Positions 37,766 through 51,619 of a stretch of DNA of 64,000 nt are shown here, piece after piece. Below the pieces are notes generated by a model that ran no database searches, had not been told where the DNA came from, and saw only the letters and a program-made list of their open reading frames with translations. Source of the stretch: Podarcis vaucheri (Eukaryota); NCBI GenBank assembly GCA_965113315.1, contig OZ220363.1; one strand, given 5' to 3'. Position numbers and translations under genes: made by a program. Position 1 is the first letter of the stretch. Every line of letters begins with the position of its first letter.

Positions 37766-38073
37766 NNNNNNNNNNNNNNNNNNNNNNNNNNNNNNNNNNN
37801 NNNNNNNNNNNNNNNNNNNNNNNNNNNNNNNNNNNNNNNNNNNNNNNNNNNNNNNNNNNNNNNNNNNNNNNNNNNNNNNNNNNNNNNNNNNNNNNNNNNN
37901 NNNNNNNNNNNNNNNNNNNNNNNNNNNNNNNNNNNNNNNNNNNNNNNNNNNNNNNNNNNNNNNNNNNNNNNNNNNNNNNNNNNNNNNNNNNNNNNNNNNN
38001 NNNNNNNNNNNNNNNNNNNNNNNNNNNNNNNNNNNNNNNNNNNNNNNNNNNNNNNNNNNNNNNNNNNNNNNNN
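37766..38073. other. N-gap (308 nt)
   Basis: Run of N. Confidence 0.99.
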
Positions 38074-41000
38074 GTCTCCTATTTGTGGAAATTATTTCAG
38101 ACAGAGGAAAAGGGACAAAAGAGATGAAAAGAGAGAGAGAAGTCAGTGATTAAGCTGCACTATTTTAAGGCATCCTTGCTTTGTGATACTGGGGACTAGC
38201 GAGTCAACTTCACTGCTTGCTGAACTGGTCCATGCCCAAACACCATCTCTTTCACAGCAGCAACAGTGAAAGCAACCATCAATTTATGAGCTGAAGAAAA
38301 TAACTATTCTTTTGAGGGTGATGATCCTAATAAGCTACTTTTGTTTCTGTAGCCTGCACAATACTTTTGCTGAAGAATATACTTGTTTTGCATCCTGTGG
38401 AAAATATTAAGTGCAAAGCTAAAGAACTGTTTATAATAGCATAATAAATTCAGATTATTGCAGAAGGGTTGTGTATTTTTGTGTGTGTGTGTGTGTGTCA
38501 CACGTGCTCTGATAACATTGACAGCAAAAAACCTAAGCAGTCTGGCAATGTTCTGAATATCAGATTTTATAAAAGAATGTATTCAGAACCACCATAAAAT
38601 TGTCTGAAGGCAAGAACGAACTGTCGTATAGTTCTAACCTACTTCTAATCTATCAGAGAACAGGAGAGGAGGTAAATAGGTGCACATGAGAAACGACAGC
38701 TTTTACATTCAAATGTTAGCAGCCATGGCCATAGTTTCATAAATCACTCTTTACTTGCCTGTGACCAGGCCCATCCAATAGGAGAGGCTGTGAAACAAAC
38801 TGCTCCAACTTCTATAGAAAGGAAGTTTTGCCAGAAATCAGACTGAGTTCTTTTTGCCTGGCTTTCACCATGTAAGCCATTGTCTCTAAAGCTGGGATGA
38901 AAATGACCGCATGTGCAACTTATTCAAGACATTCTGAGTGATTCCTCTCATCAGGAAAGATATAGCTTCTCCTGATATATCTCATTTTTTTTCTTTCAAT
39001 AATGGGCAATGTGATCCTCTCAGTAGAGCAGATGCCAACAGGTTATGTTCGAGATATGATCGATTACAGACTGAATCAAAACTTTCAAAAGAATATTTGC
39101 AGAGAAAAGCAATTTTGCTTCCCCAGCCTTAACTATGTGAAGAATTTATCAGAGGCTGCTCCAAAACCGACTGCCCCTTTCAGATGAGTGTGCTCGCCAC
39201 GCTTTCTTAGCGAGTGTATATGCTAGGTTTTCTTGGATTTGGAACAATGAGAACATTTTTTTAAACTCATTGAACAAAGATTTCCCCAGCAACAGACCCC
39301 CCGCTCAGCCGGTCACCTATCCTTGCGACAGTTTTTCTTTTCCCACGCTAACCCTAGGGCTCATTTGCATAAGGTCTCTGTTGTGACAATTAGTTTCAGG
39401 TGAGCTGATTTCTATGAAGCTTGCCCAAGACGATACACAAGCTCTGGGCCTCCCTGATCCTGGGCCTAATTGCGACTGACTGGCACCAGACACAATCACC
39501 CTCTTGATGCAGCAAATTGTCCTGCAAGTAGCTTGTTGTGACCCTGCAACGCACAAATCATATCATGTCAGACTGGCATGGTAAACAGCAGATAAAATGA
39601 AATTAGGGGAAAGACATTCAAAAGAGAGAGGGTGGGGGGAGAAATACCTTCAATATATTATGTCAAACTTTTGTCATCCAGAGAAATCACAAATTTGTGC
39701 TGCGGAAGAAGCACTCTTAATGACCAAGTATTGAAGCTTGATTTTAAAAAATAAAAATAAAATAAAATCACGTTTGGATGATTTTAGTGGGTAAAGGGGG
39801 TTCTGAAATGCTTTCTTCCAAAAATTTCCCTCTGTGGTGTTGTGAAAAGAGGCAACAAGCTACAGGGTATATCAACAGGCAGGTTAGCAGAGAGCTTTGT
39901 CATTTCCGCAAAGTAAAACAACAACAGCAACCCACAAAAGCAGTCAACGCCAATGAATATTAACTCTGCGCACAGCAGCCAAAGTAATGCTAGAACTTTT
40001 TCTTTCTCCTAAGACTAGCAAAAAGATAGCAAAGGGAGTGAGCATCAGCAAGGGCTTTTCAGAAGGGCAGTTTTCCAAAGTTGCTGCTTCCCTGTCCACT
40101 ATTTGCTTTAATGCCGACGTGAATGTTTCTTTTTGTCAACTTGGTTCCGCTTGGCGTTACAGTCAATCCACCAACTACAGAACTGCCTCTTAGATAGACG
40201 GCGAAGGCTAAAGCCTACTCTTTTGATCCGCCTGCAAAAGCCATGCTGAACCCAATCCAAGATTTGATTGAGACAAAAAAAAAGAGAGTAAACCTTCACT
40301 AAATCAAACACAACAAAATCACAGCGTGCCACAAGAGCACCACTCTTCATCCCTAAATTGATCAGCCTTGTGGGTCATATCTTATGCAGTCCACTTCTTC
40401 CATAATTCAGTCTACAGAAACTTACACCTTGTGCCTAATGTATCATAAACTGGAATAGGCTTCGGCCCTGTGTTTGATTTTGGTCTTTATAAACAGAAGA
40501 GATGGGTTCTGCAAAATGTATTATTCACAAAAGGGCTGAAAGTATTCACCCACAGTTGTCAGACCTCAGTTTTGATGTCAGACTTAGGCAATTCTGTTGG
40601 ACTACTGATTTTAGTGAGCAAAGGGGTTAAACATTTGCCCACTGCAGATATTTATAAAATGGCTGTTCAGATGGATTAAGCCCATTAACACTGGATTAAC
40701 TCTGGTTAGCTAGGGAAGTTCTGGCATTATCTCCAAATGAACAACAAGATCTTAAAATTTTCAGCAGAATGCAACTCACTGGAGATTTTTCCTGCATAAG
40801 CACCATTGAAATGATGCAAGAATACTACAGTGTTTTTGCATTGCTCCCATTCATACCAATGGGGACTGCACAAAGATTTACAGTGGATTGTGATCTGTTA
40901 AAATATCTTCCATATTGGTGGAGCAGCCAATATCAAAATGTCACAAATTCACATTTGTTGACATTTTCAGTTTTGGGTTGAGAACTGTGGCTAAGAGGGG

Positions 41001-44000
41001 CTTCTGAAGCCAGCTGCCCTCTGTTAATTTTGTAATCCTATAACCTGATAATGGGCTAACTGGTCTTTTTGAAATATAGAAGAAGGAATTTCAAAAAGTC
41101 ACCTCTGTGCTGAAATCAGCAATCCCCTGCTCTAGCCTAGGGAAATTTTCATATTCTTGGTGACATAAGGCCTAATTCTTCTTGCCCTAGGACAAATCCA
41201 TTGGATCAAATGGCACTACTCCCGATTTACATACCTCCGAGATACAAATGCGCCATCTTTAATTTTATTACCCCATTTAACAGCAGTTACAAATGAAGGA
41301 GGAATAGTCTGTTAACAGAAGGGCTGAGCTAAGTGTAGGTAGCGGATTTTAGTATAGCGTTCTGCATAAAAGAAATACTGTAGCCACCACAGCCTACAAA
41401 ACCAAAAACTCTTATAACTGCCCTTGCCTTTTCCTGGACTATAAGAGGGAAATGGAAATAGTTATTCAAGGTAGAAATGGCTTCTAAGCATAGAGGAAGA
41501 GCAAATGCTTCCCTGTGTAGCTACTTACTGTGGCCATTTGTATCTTTAATACACAGAACTTTCTGCAACATAACGCCAGCCAGTATTCATTCCAATTCTT
41601 CATTCCTCCCATTACCCCATTCGTAAGTATTAGTTCTCACAAAGAGCAGATAATATGACAGTAAACCTGTTCCCAGGATCAAGGTGCTGGTGGGGGCCAT
41701 TTTATTTTTTTTATGGAATACTTCCCCATACAATCAAAAAACCAACACAGGAAACTGGAAGTGAGGGGGGAAAGTTCTAGTACAGCATTCCTCCCTCACA
41801 TTCTAGTTTCCAATGTATGGAGGAATATTTTTTTCTATTTTGGAGTATTTTAGTGATATGAGCCTCACACCTGTAGTCTGAAATGATGCTATCCAGGCAC
41901 AGGTTGGATTACCTCACCTGTGCTTGTTGAGAAATGAGACCAGCTCCCAACATTTTTCACAGGCTCTTTCTCACCCATTACAGTTCTGCTCCCTTCCCTA
42001 TCAAACTGACAAACCCCATCCACTTTTAACCCTCCAATAAGTCTCCTCACTTCTGAGCCTTTTCCCTTGCACATACATCTTTCGCAAGGTTGGCTGTTAG
42101 CGGTTTCAAGTAGCAGCTGATACACAGGTTCTGCACTCGCCAAAGAACAAGCCCTCCTCCGTGGACGCAATTTATGGCGAGTCGCGTGGTGCATTTTTGC
42201 TTTTAGTTCTCCCTAAAAGCATTTTCTGGAAACAGAAATGATGGACCCTGAGAGTCTACCCACAATGGAATTGGGTCCATGAAACTTTGAGAGTGCAACG
42301 CATGCTGCTACTTGGTTTATTGTTGCTCCAACGCTTTGCCTGTTGTCTTCTTCCTGTGCCTTTTCCTTTCTGATCGCACCCACCCACCCCGCTCCAGAAG
42401 AAAACAAGATTCCTGAAATCTGGAAAGGAAACAGAGGGTGTGCTAATGACTCAGTAGGAGGCACTCTCTCCTCTGAGTCAATCCTATTCCAGAAGGAGCT
42501 ACATAGCATTTGAAGGGTGCTGTGCAGCTGCAGGTGCTGCCTTTCCTGTGCACCGTATAATTAAGGCCTTTTGGGTTACTATAGATACCTTAGTCTTTTT
42601 TGCAGGAGTAAGTGTGCCTAGCAAAGCTCAAACTGGTGTAATTATCTGGCGTTTTCGTCCTTGATGACTCAAAGGGCCACACTCTTCTTATTCACTTTCT
42701 ATCCTAAACTCTGGTGGAAGGGGGCTAGGATGTCATCTTAAATAGTTTTCTTGGGATGACTTTAATGCAGCAGTTCAGTTAAATATTGTCTGGATGAGCA
42801 TCATGTGACCTTGCAGTCTCATGTGCAATTCTAGCTATAAGCCATGTTTGATGACCACCAGAAATACCTGAGAGTGGCCTTACATTGAGCAGACCAGAGG
42901 AGAGGGCATGTGAGTTGGTGTACATCATAAAGTTGGCATTATGCGCATTAAAGAGCTACTTCCTGGCTTTGGGGACCAATCAAAAAGAACAACCAAGATG
43001 CTACAGTTCTGTACATGCTTGCTTGGGAATATGTCCCACGTGAAGACGAGACATAACCACTGAGTTAAAGTCAACCTATTGGTGAATTATTATTTCTGGC
43101 AGATTTAGCCGTCACAATGCACTTCCTGATTGCAAGCAGTGGGGAAAGAGAACCACAAAACTGGCAAACTTGCTGTTGCTAATAGTTGCTTGATCTAGCT
43201 AAATAAGTCATTATTTATTGGTTATAGTTTAACTTGACAGCTACTTTCTTCCTTAATTCCTGGTGGTACAGAACAAATGGCACAACTCGATATGGAAGTT
43301 TATCTGTCAACATGATGCCAAATTTTGAGGTAAACAGTAAATTATTAGGGTTTTTTTAAAAAAAGATTTTTGTTTTGTTTTGCTGGAGGGACATATTTGA
43401 AAAGGTGTGCCGATAAAATTAAAAGTAATTCGAAGGCATGTCATGAAACGATCGAGGTGCAACATTGTCTTTTTGTCAGTGTCATTCTTGCACGCACAAT
43501 TATTTTCTTTCACTCTCACCAACCTACCTCAAACAAAGCATCAGATTCTGAATTTCCTACACATTGGTACAAACCACTGGGGTGGGGGGCAGAAGGAAAG
43601 GAGGACTGGCTACCTACCACTAAGTAAAATACAACTGCAAAGAGGAAATAAAAAAATACAAATGGATCAAATATAAGGGAATGTTGGTTAAAATATCCCA
43701 TAAATAATACTTTCAGAGTTAAAATTACTCTGAGAATAGAACTAAGGCGGGGTTTCAATGAAGCATGCAGTCTTGATTGAAATGGCGTAGGGGCGACTTT
43801 TTCCACTTCTGTGCGTACAGAAACATCACTCTCTCTCTCACTCTCTGCGTGTATTTGTTTTAATGTAAAACTACATTGATCATAGTTTTGATTATGAACC
43901 TCACTTTTCCCCAAAAGAGCAATGACAGTGATCTTTAATGTAATAATTTGTTTTATTTTTTTGCTGAATGCCTTGGGCTCCTTTCCCCTTTCTTTCTTTC

Positions 44001-45775
44001 TTTCTTCCCTTCATTCCACCAACTGAAACAGAGACAATTCTTTGTATGTTGAAACGTGCAATTATCATGTATCCAAAAAGGAGGGTGTAATTTTCACATC
44101 TGATTACAAGGGAAGAGTGTAAGAGAAGCTGCCTCGGTAAACATACACTTGTTTACAGAGCAATACCCTTGATATTAAAATCTTCAAAAAAAACACATAT
44201 ACCACTGTAGGGGGGGGGCCAAGATGGCCATGCGGCAAAGCAAAAACTAAGCATTTCTCTTGGCGTGGCTACAAATGGAGAAGTCAAGTCTTCTGAACTT
44301 GAACATGCCTACTTACTTCAGATGAATGCTAAGAAGATATGCAGCCCAATTTTATTTGCGGTTACTCAGAGTTTAAGTCCCACTGAATTAAATGGAACTA
44401 CTATGTAAGTGTACACAGGATCATAGCCTTGCAGCATGTTCTTGTTGCACAGTGAGCTAAGGAGTTTATGCTGGTTTTTTAACCTGCTAATAATTCTAAG
44501 TAAGTATGTGAAATGCTTTGGCTACTTAAACACCTATTTGCTCAGTTTAAACTGAAGAACCCAAGTCCTTTGTAAACCCACGTCCTTTTCTTTTAAAATG
44601 GTGTGTTTTTTCTGTCACTTTTTATTTTTTACTCTTCCCCACCCCCCCACCCCCGCCTCATTTCTTCATTTGGGGGGGGGCGATTTACCTTTGATAAGAT
44701 GAGCTTCTGAGTATAAGAAATTATTTTTGTTGTCATGTAGGAAGAGATGCTATCTTGGAAAACACAGTGCAGTTTACAGATTGCTTAGTAAGGAGATCAG
44801 AGATAGTGGGAAGAGATCGCACAACAGGTAAGGTTAGAAAACATGCCCCGAAGCTGAAAGTGATACAAGCAGCCTTTTAAAATGATATAATAAAAAACAA
44901 TTGCCGTGGTGCAATTGCAGGCATTTTAGAAAGCACTTTCTAAACTACCTTGTGAGGACCGATACTGGAAATTAAAGCACAGCAACCCCATTCTTAAGCA
45001 GGAACAAAAAGGAAAATATAGACAGGCCCGGATTTCTTAGGGAAGGAAAGGGACCTCATGCATTGCATAAACAAAATGATTATTTTATAAGGCTAAAGGC
45101 ATCCGGTGTGAAATTTTTTAAATATATGGAAGAATTGATTTTATCTGGGCATGAAGACTACTTTAAGCCAAGGAGAACTTGAAACACTGTTGTTATTGGG
45201 GCGGGGAATTAAGGGGGAAAGCAATGGTTCCTTTAGACTAGCTGCTCTCTTCAAATGTTCTCTTCATTGAAAACCTACCTTGTGGTCCACTTTTTCCATA
45301 AAACAACGTTCCTGGTTCAGAAATCCGCTTGCCAACAGCAGTTTGATTTGGATCAGCTTTTATTGGGCAACCCTGAGAAGAGTAGCCTGGTTATTTAAAA
45401 AGAGAAAAGTATTGTCTAATATCCACTTGTAATCACAATTACGGTCCAAGTATTTGTGGTGTCTTCAGAGGTCTATGTGAAGTCAGAGGCAGTCTGTACT
45501 TTCCAACCTGTTTGCTCTGCAGTTTGTTCTGCATGCTTCCATTAAACTGTAGCATAACTGCCGCCATAGCTAGTACCACTGTATCACTGAAGAGACAAAT
45601 CTATTGTAATAGTGACTTCATAGCCCACTTCAGCAGAGTTATGAAAGGGTCTAAGAAGATTGTATGGTGGGTATATGTGCCCATGTACCTCTCTATTTAG
45701 TGCAGGTGGTTTTATCCATGCAACTAGTTTTAGTATTCCTGAAAATGCCTTCCTTAAGACATCCATAATCTTATA

Positions 45776-46017
45776 CAGTGGTACCTCGGGTTACATGTGC
45801 TTCAGGTTACATGCGCTTCAGGTTACAGACTCTGCCAACCCAGAAATAGTGCTTCAGGTTAAGAACTTTGCTTCAGGATGAGAACAGAAATCGTGCTCTG
45901 GCAGTGCGGCGGCAGCAGGAGGCCCCATTAGCTAAAGTAATGCTTCAGGTTAAGAACAGTTTCAGGTTAAGTACGGACTTCCGGAACGAATTAAGTACTT
46001 AACCTGAGGTACCACTG
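45776..46017 (+). mobile_element. Tigger/pogo-like MITE, family A, full length (242 bp)
   Basis: TA|CAGTGGTACCTCGGGTTA ... TAACCTGAGGTACCACTG|TA. Repeated CTTCAGGTTA motifs. Confidence 0.92.
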
Positions 46018-47859
46018 TATTAGGGGAAGTCCGTTTTGTGATAGGAGGGCTTCAACAAGTTTCCAGGATTAAAGTTTTTTGGGCTTTTCCACATACGCAG
46101 AAAACCTGATTTTTATTTACATGAAAAGGACTCAAAAAGCTAAAAAATGTAACACCCCCTTCCCCCTTCTTTATATGTGAACTGGGCAGGCAGGTGAATG
46201 ACCAACATGTCTCCCTGTGTCATGTGCAGTTTGGTCCTTAGTTTATAGGAGAAAGGCAGACTCAAGCTCTTAACACAGCAGCCTGTTTCTCTAACTGTGT
46301 GGCACTATCATTAGTTAGGCATTGGCATCTTCACAGTTGAAACACTAGTAGCCAGACAGAACTAACTCATATAAATATGGGCTGACTGTCAAATAAAATG
46401 GGCCATAACCCTTAAATGAAATTCTGTACATTATTATGTATGTCAGTGGAAGAAGTCACTGCATAGAATATGGGGCATTGGTGTTAGGATTGTGTGGGTG
46501 TATTTGGTGTCTAGTGCAATTCTCTCCAAACCCCCCCCCCCCCCACATAGCCTCAACGTATTTAAAACAATGAATTAATATATCTTCAGCACCCCAATCA
46601 ATGCTGAGAATGCACTTTCATTTTTCACAGAGTTGTTAGAGTACATTTGCTTATATTTTGCACTATTTTAATTTAACCATATTGATCAAAATAAGCACTC
46701 AATACAACCTTAGGCACCTAAGCCTTATTAAAATTAGTCAACTTGAAGCAAGTGACCTGAGGAAGAAAATTGCTCAGGGATTTTATATGCAGAGAACCCA
46801 ACTTACATAAATACCTGTTAATGAAATAAATCTCTTAAGTGAATACGTTTTCTTTAGACTGAACTTGAACACACAGGAAATGCCCGTGAGGCCCTTTAGG
46901 TGACAAGCTCATGTGTGAATATGCAAGTTTTAAAAGTCCATTTTTATCACTAATCACAAGCCTGCTTTGTGTTTTCCCTCCTGTTATTAGAATTAAGAAA
47001 GACTGCACCTGTTACTGTTGTGAGATCCTCTGTTGCTAAAGTGTTGAAACTGCACATACAATTATATCCAGTTGCATATCATATAATTTGTCTATATAAT
47101 ATACTGGGGGAATAGTACAATGGTTCTTCTGGTAACTCGCCCGCTCATTTTGTCCCTGTGCAAATTAGTTAGGCCGCACTCCTAGCACTTGCATAAGAGA
47201 AACGGGGCGGGGGGGGCAGAGAGAGATAAATAAAATAAAATCTAAGGCTTCCCCCCCCCCCAGACTAGTTTATGCTCTAACAAATAATATGTTTTCCTGC
47301 TACAAAAGTTGCCACATTTCTTCAGCTGGGTTGAGAGGCATAATTAAAACACAAGCTCTCAGGGCTGTCTTTAACAGTGATTTGCAATACACCCCTTTTG
47401 ACACATTCTAGTTCAAAAATATTGTTTTCAGAAACATTGCTGTTTCTTGAAGGGGGGGTTGCTGAAGTGATGCTACACAGCATTTTAAACTGATTAATCC
47501 TGTCTTTCCTCAGAGGACTTGACCTGCGATAATGTTTTATTTTAGTCGAAATGGGACGAGGTGGAGGAGATACACGATGTAGCCAAGGATAGACGTCTTA
47601 CTGCAATACCTTTTAATGAACTGAGCCAAAAATGAACGGTATGATCTTTAGAGATTTCCTCCAACCTGTTTATCAGAGACTGCCTATAGAGATATCTGTG
47701 TACTTATTCTCTCACCCCACCGCCTTGCTCTGCCTCCTTCTCCAGCCTTGTAAAGGATATTAACTCGTTGCCTAAGCAAAATCCCAAATGTGAGTCAGGT
47801 CTTGTGGCAGTAGCACAACTGCTGTGGTATTGCTGGCCAGAATTCACCCCAGTAAAACG

Positions 47860-48340
47860 CCAATGTTATGCTTGCTCTTTTAGAATTCACGAGAAACACA
47901 CGCATCCACTGAATCTCCAACTCCAACTTTATTTCATTTATAAATTACGAGAACGATGCGATTATATATTATTAATTTCTGCTGTTCTCCAACTCGGCTG
48001 CAGCAGTGAGCTGCGGATGTTGGAACGCTGTAATTATGTTCTAGTAGGGCAGCCATCCGTTTCCTTTCAAAAATTTACAGGATTCTTAATCATGCTGCTC
48101 ATTTGGGTGCGCAATAGCGAGGATAGCGAAACACAAACATGGCACGTTCGTTTACACAGGAACACCTGCTTAGCGTGATAGCAGATGTCAGTCAGCAAGA
48201 GGAACACAAAAGGGGGAAAAAATACCAACAACAGCAAACTCAGAACCATTTTCAAACCAGCGTGGTGAAATCTCCCCAGCAAGAATATAAATGGCTGGGC
48301 ATTCATTTTACAAATGAAGGAAGCCAGGGCGCCAATGTGT
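47860..48340. promoter_or_regulatory. Putative conserved non-coding element
   Basis: Unique-looking sequence with many retained CpGs despite AT-richness, plus TAAT, E-box and GTTTAC motifs. Inference only. Confidence 0.4.
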
Positions 48341-48923
48341 TGGAAAGTCTCACTTGACTCACTTGAAGACTGAGTTGACTGCAAGACACTCATTTGGAAT
48401 GTGCAAAATAGCTTGCACCAAATCTATGCTTTGGGATTTGGAAACCCATCATTTGGGGTTCAATACTAGACATGTATTAGAAGCAGCAAGCATATAGTGC
48501 ATAGGGCATAGAGATGTATAGCTACATGTATGGTGGTACAACATGCATCACCACTGCTTTATAAGTATGAACAACTGGCGGTATATGCTTTCTGAACTTT
48601 ATATGCAAGTAGATAACGAGCGTTGGGCGGGAACTTTGCTTCAGTTCAAAGTTAAAATAATTTTTTGAAATATATTTTATAAAAGCCAAAATGAAACTAC
48701 CAGCTGGGAAGAATGGGAGTGTCATGTTTTAAAGTTCTGTGCTTCTATTTTTATGTGGCAACAGGTTGCTTTGTGAAGTACAGCTCCCCCACCCCTGTAT
48801 TTAGGACTTAGGGTGCATTATTTTTGCAGGTGGGTATTGATATACTCTCTGAACACAATTTGCAGTTAACTATTTTTCCTAAGGATTGTTAGAATTCAGA
48901 GTGAGTCAACTTACGTAGGTCTG

Positions 48924-49100
48924 TGCATTAAAGACTCCCTAAGTATGCATTGACTTGATACCCCGTAATGGCTTCTAAGGAGCCGTTATGTAGTATCGTG
49001 TCAATGATCCATGCATTGAGGACTCCCTAAGTACGCATTGACACGATAGACCGTAACAGCTCTGAAGAAGCCGTTACGGTCTATCATGACAATGATCTGC
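48924..49100. repeat. Two tandem 88-bp units, each containing a 59-nt inverted repeat
   Basis: Units start at 48924 and 49012 (TGCATT..GACTCCCTAAGTA.GCATTGAC). Hairpins at 48948-49006 and 49036-49094. Confidence 0.88.
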
Positions 49101-50485
49101 AGATATTGGCAGCGCCTCTTGCTCTTTCATAAAGATTGTAAAAGTCTCTGAAGAAGCTGTTACGATCATGCTGCAAGACTCATCAATCAGATCAATGACA
49201 GAGTTTTGCTCTTCCATTTATCTTTGCAGTGCTGTGTTTTCTTTTTAAGATTGTAGTACCACAGAGGTCAACATACTTAAACATAGCACCTGCCGATGGA
49301 GTGGCTTTAGATGTCTGCAGATATGTAGAGTAGAGCAGAAAACTACTATTCTTACAATAGAGTCCTATGCGTGTTTTATTGGGAGTGAGTTTATATGGCT
49401 GGATTTGAACTGTGGCTTAATCCAAGACCAGCCTTTGTATTTCAGACTAAACTTTTAACACAGAGGATAATATTCATGAGGGTCTTCAGGTGACAATTTC
49501 AGCTGTCAATATGCCAGATTAGAAGATCCACATTTCTTGTTCAATACAAGTCCAGATGAGTTGGTACTCTTATTTCTCAACCTGCTTATGCAAAATATTG
49601 TAAAGTTTTTATTAAACAAAATATCTATGAAATTGAAGAAAAAGAATTACTATTGAAAGGTTTGCCTCCTATGAGAAGGTGTATTGCTTTCCCTCCTTCG
49701 TGCCTGAGTATAAAACGACAATGTAAACCTTGCAAATATTGCAATTATACTGTTGTATGGGACAGTATACAAGATATATACACAAGATCAAGATGAACTT
49801 TAGAGGCCTTTCCTATGAATTTCTTGGCATTTTATGGGTTTGTAACAGAATTGCAGCATTATTTTGATTCCGCACCCCAACACAAACACAAACACACTGT
49901 GTGTTTCACATTATATATAAATGTTTGTGTTTGACGAAATGTCATCCTTGTTTTCTGAGCTGCTACAGATTCCTATGAAAACATTATGAGTCTCGCCTTT
50001 TTGTGGCATCTTTGGCTGATGAAGATGAGAGGAAATGGGTTGGAATGTTCTTTTGGGAAAGAAAGCTCTCAGAATGAAGTTGGACTTTATACATGCTCTA
50101 GGTCTATAAAAGAATAATTAGATACTCTGCAAGATGTTAGCTTCTGAGAAAATTCAGATGCTTTATGTACAATTTGAGGGCATAGTTTTTAATTAATTCT
50201 TCAGGAGTGGTGTAGCTATCCTACGTGGCACCTTTATTTTACATACTATTTATGATGCATTATCTTTTGCTCTGTTTATCGACATTGCACAGCCTGCCAA
50301 CTGTCAAAATAGCTCTTTCTCCAATTTAGAATCAAAAGTGAAACATCCTTCAGCAAGCTCTGGCCAAGGAGGGAAAGGAAACCTGAAAGAACTGTGTGCA
50401 GAATCATGAACGTCTTGAGATGTCCAAGAATGGGACTGTGAGCTGGAATTTGCCGTTGGAATTCTGGATAGGATGTGTAGGAGAA

Positions 50486-50676
50486 AGGTCATAGGTCAGT
50501 AGTAGAGCACACGTGTTACATGCAAAATATTCAGGCTCAATCAGTGGCATCTCTAGGTAGGCCTACCGAGGACTCCTGCCTGAAACTGTGGAGAGCTGCT
50601 TCCACTCAATGTCAACAATACTGAGCTAAATGCATCAACAATCTGATTTGGTTTAAAGCCACTTCTTGTGTTTCCC
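50486..50676 (+). mobile_element. Degraded tRNA-derived SINE, Squam2-like
   Basis: GGTCATAGGTCAGTAGTAGAGCA (tRNA-like A box) ... CTCCTGCCTGAAAC.GTGGAGAGCTGCT ... ACAATACTGAGCTA. Its 3' part recurs at 52420-52505. Confidence 0.7.
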
Positions 50677-51619
50677 AAGAAGAAAGGGAACCATTCTGAA
50701 CACAACTGGGGACCAAGGGCAAAAAAGGATGAAATATGGAGAAAATCTTCCAGCTAAGCAACTAACATTGTGTTACTCATTTCATACTAAGTGGATTCCG
50801 GAAATGCATGACAAGACTGTAACGAGGTGGTGCTGTGGTGGTAAAATGGGTTCTGCAAAAAACAAAGCAGTCATTATCATCCACTGTCTACTTGCCATCA
50901 TCCTACGCATTGCAAACCAATCCTTTCGTGGGTTAGGCCAATTAAACTACTGAGGTGGAAGTTTCCAAAAGCAGTAGCACACTTGTTTCTAAGGAAGCAA
51001 CTGCAGAAATAAAGAAGCACCTGAGATAAGAACTTCCAGAAAGTACCTCTAGTTGTGATTTACCTTCGCTGATGCCCCCCCCAGCACTGCCCTTTAGATG
51101 CTTAGGGAGGCGGGGTCTAGTTTGCAAAAGGCTATAAAACATTAACAGATACTAGGCAAACCCAAAGAATTACAGAGTATGCACACTTGGAATTAAGTCC
51201 TACTGAGTTCAACAGGCCTTATTCCCAAGTCAAAGTATGTAGGATTGCAGCCAAATTAATTTGTCTCTATAGGAACAATCCATAATAACATGGTAAGAAA
51301 CAACAAAACAGAATTGAGCAGAAACACAGAACATTTTCCATAATTACTAATATGTAATTTGAATCAAGAATCTTTAGTGGCACTAATGACATTTTCTCTT
51401 TCCAGTGTAAAACATTCAGTAGGTTGTATGCAACTGTGTGATGGAAGAAGCTTCCATCAGCAGAAGGGAGAAAGCCATTCCCCAATTCCCTCTATAGCCC
51501 TCTATACCACCCCAAATCTGCCCCAGTGTTGGGGTACCTTTGGGAACAGGTAGAGAACTGCAGAGGAAGTAGAATCACCCCAAATTTCCTTCATTGGTGT
51601 CCCCAGCTTTGGACACCTC

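Noticed and set aside
48139-48357. ORF MARSFTQEHLL... as a micropeptide gene
   Set aside because: No recognisable homology or splice context. Better explained as a chance ORF in a CNE-like block.
49062-49068. CTGAAGA loop of hairpin 2 as a hammerhead core
   Set aside because: There is no downstream stem II plus GAAA, and the equivalent loop in unit 1 is TCTAAGG.
48924-49100. CRISPR-like repeat-spacer array
   Set aside because: Vertebrate DNA, only two units, the spacers are homologous rather than unique, and there are no cas genes.
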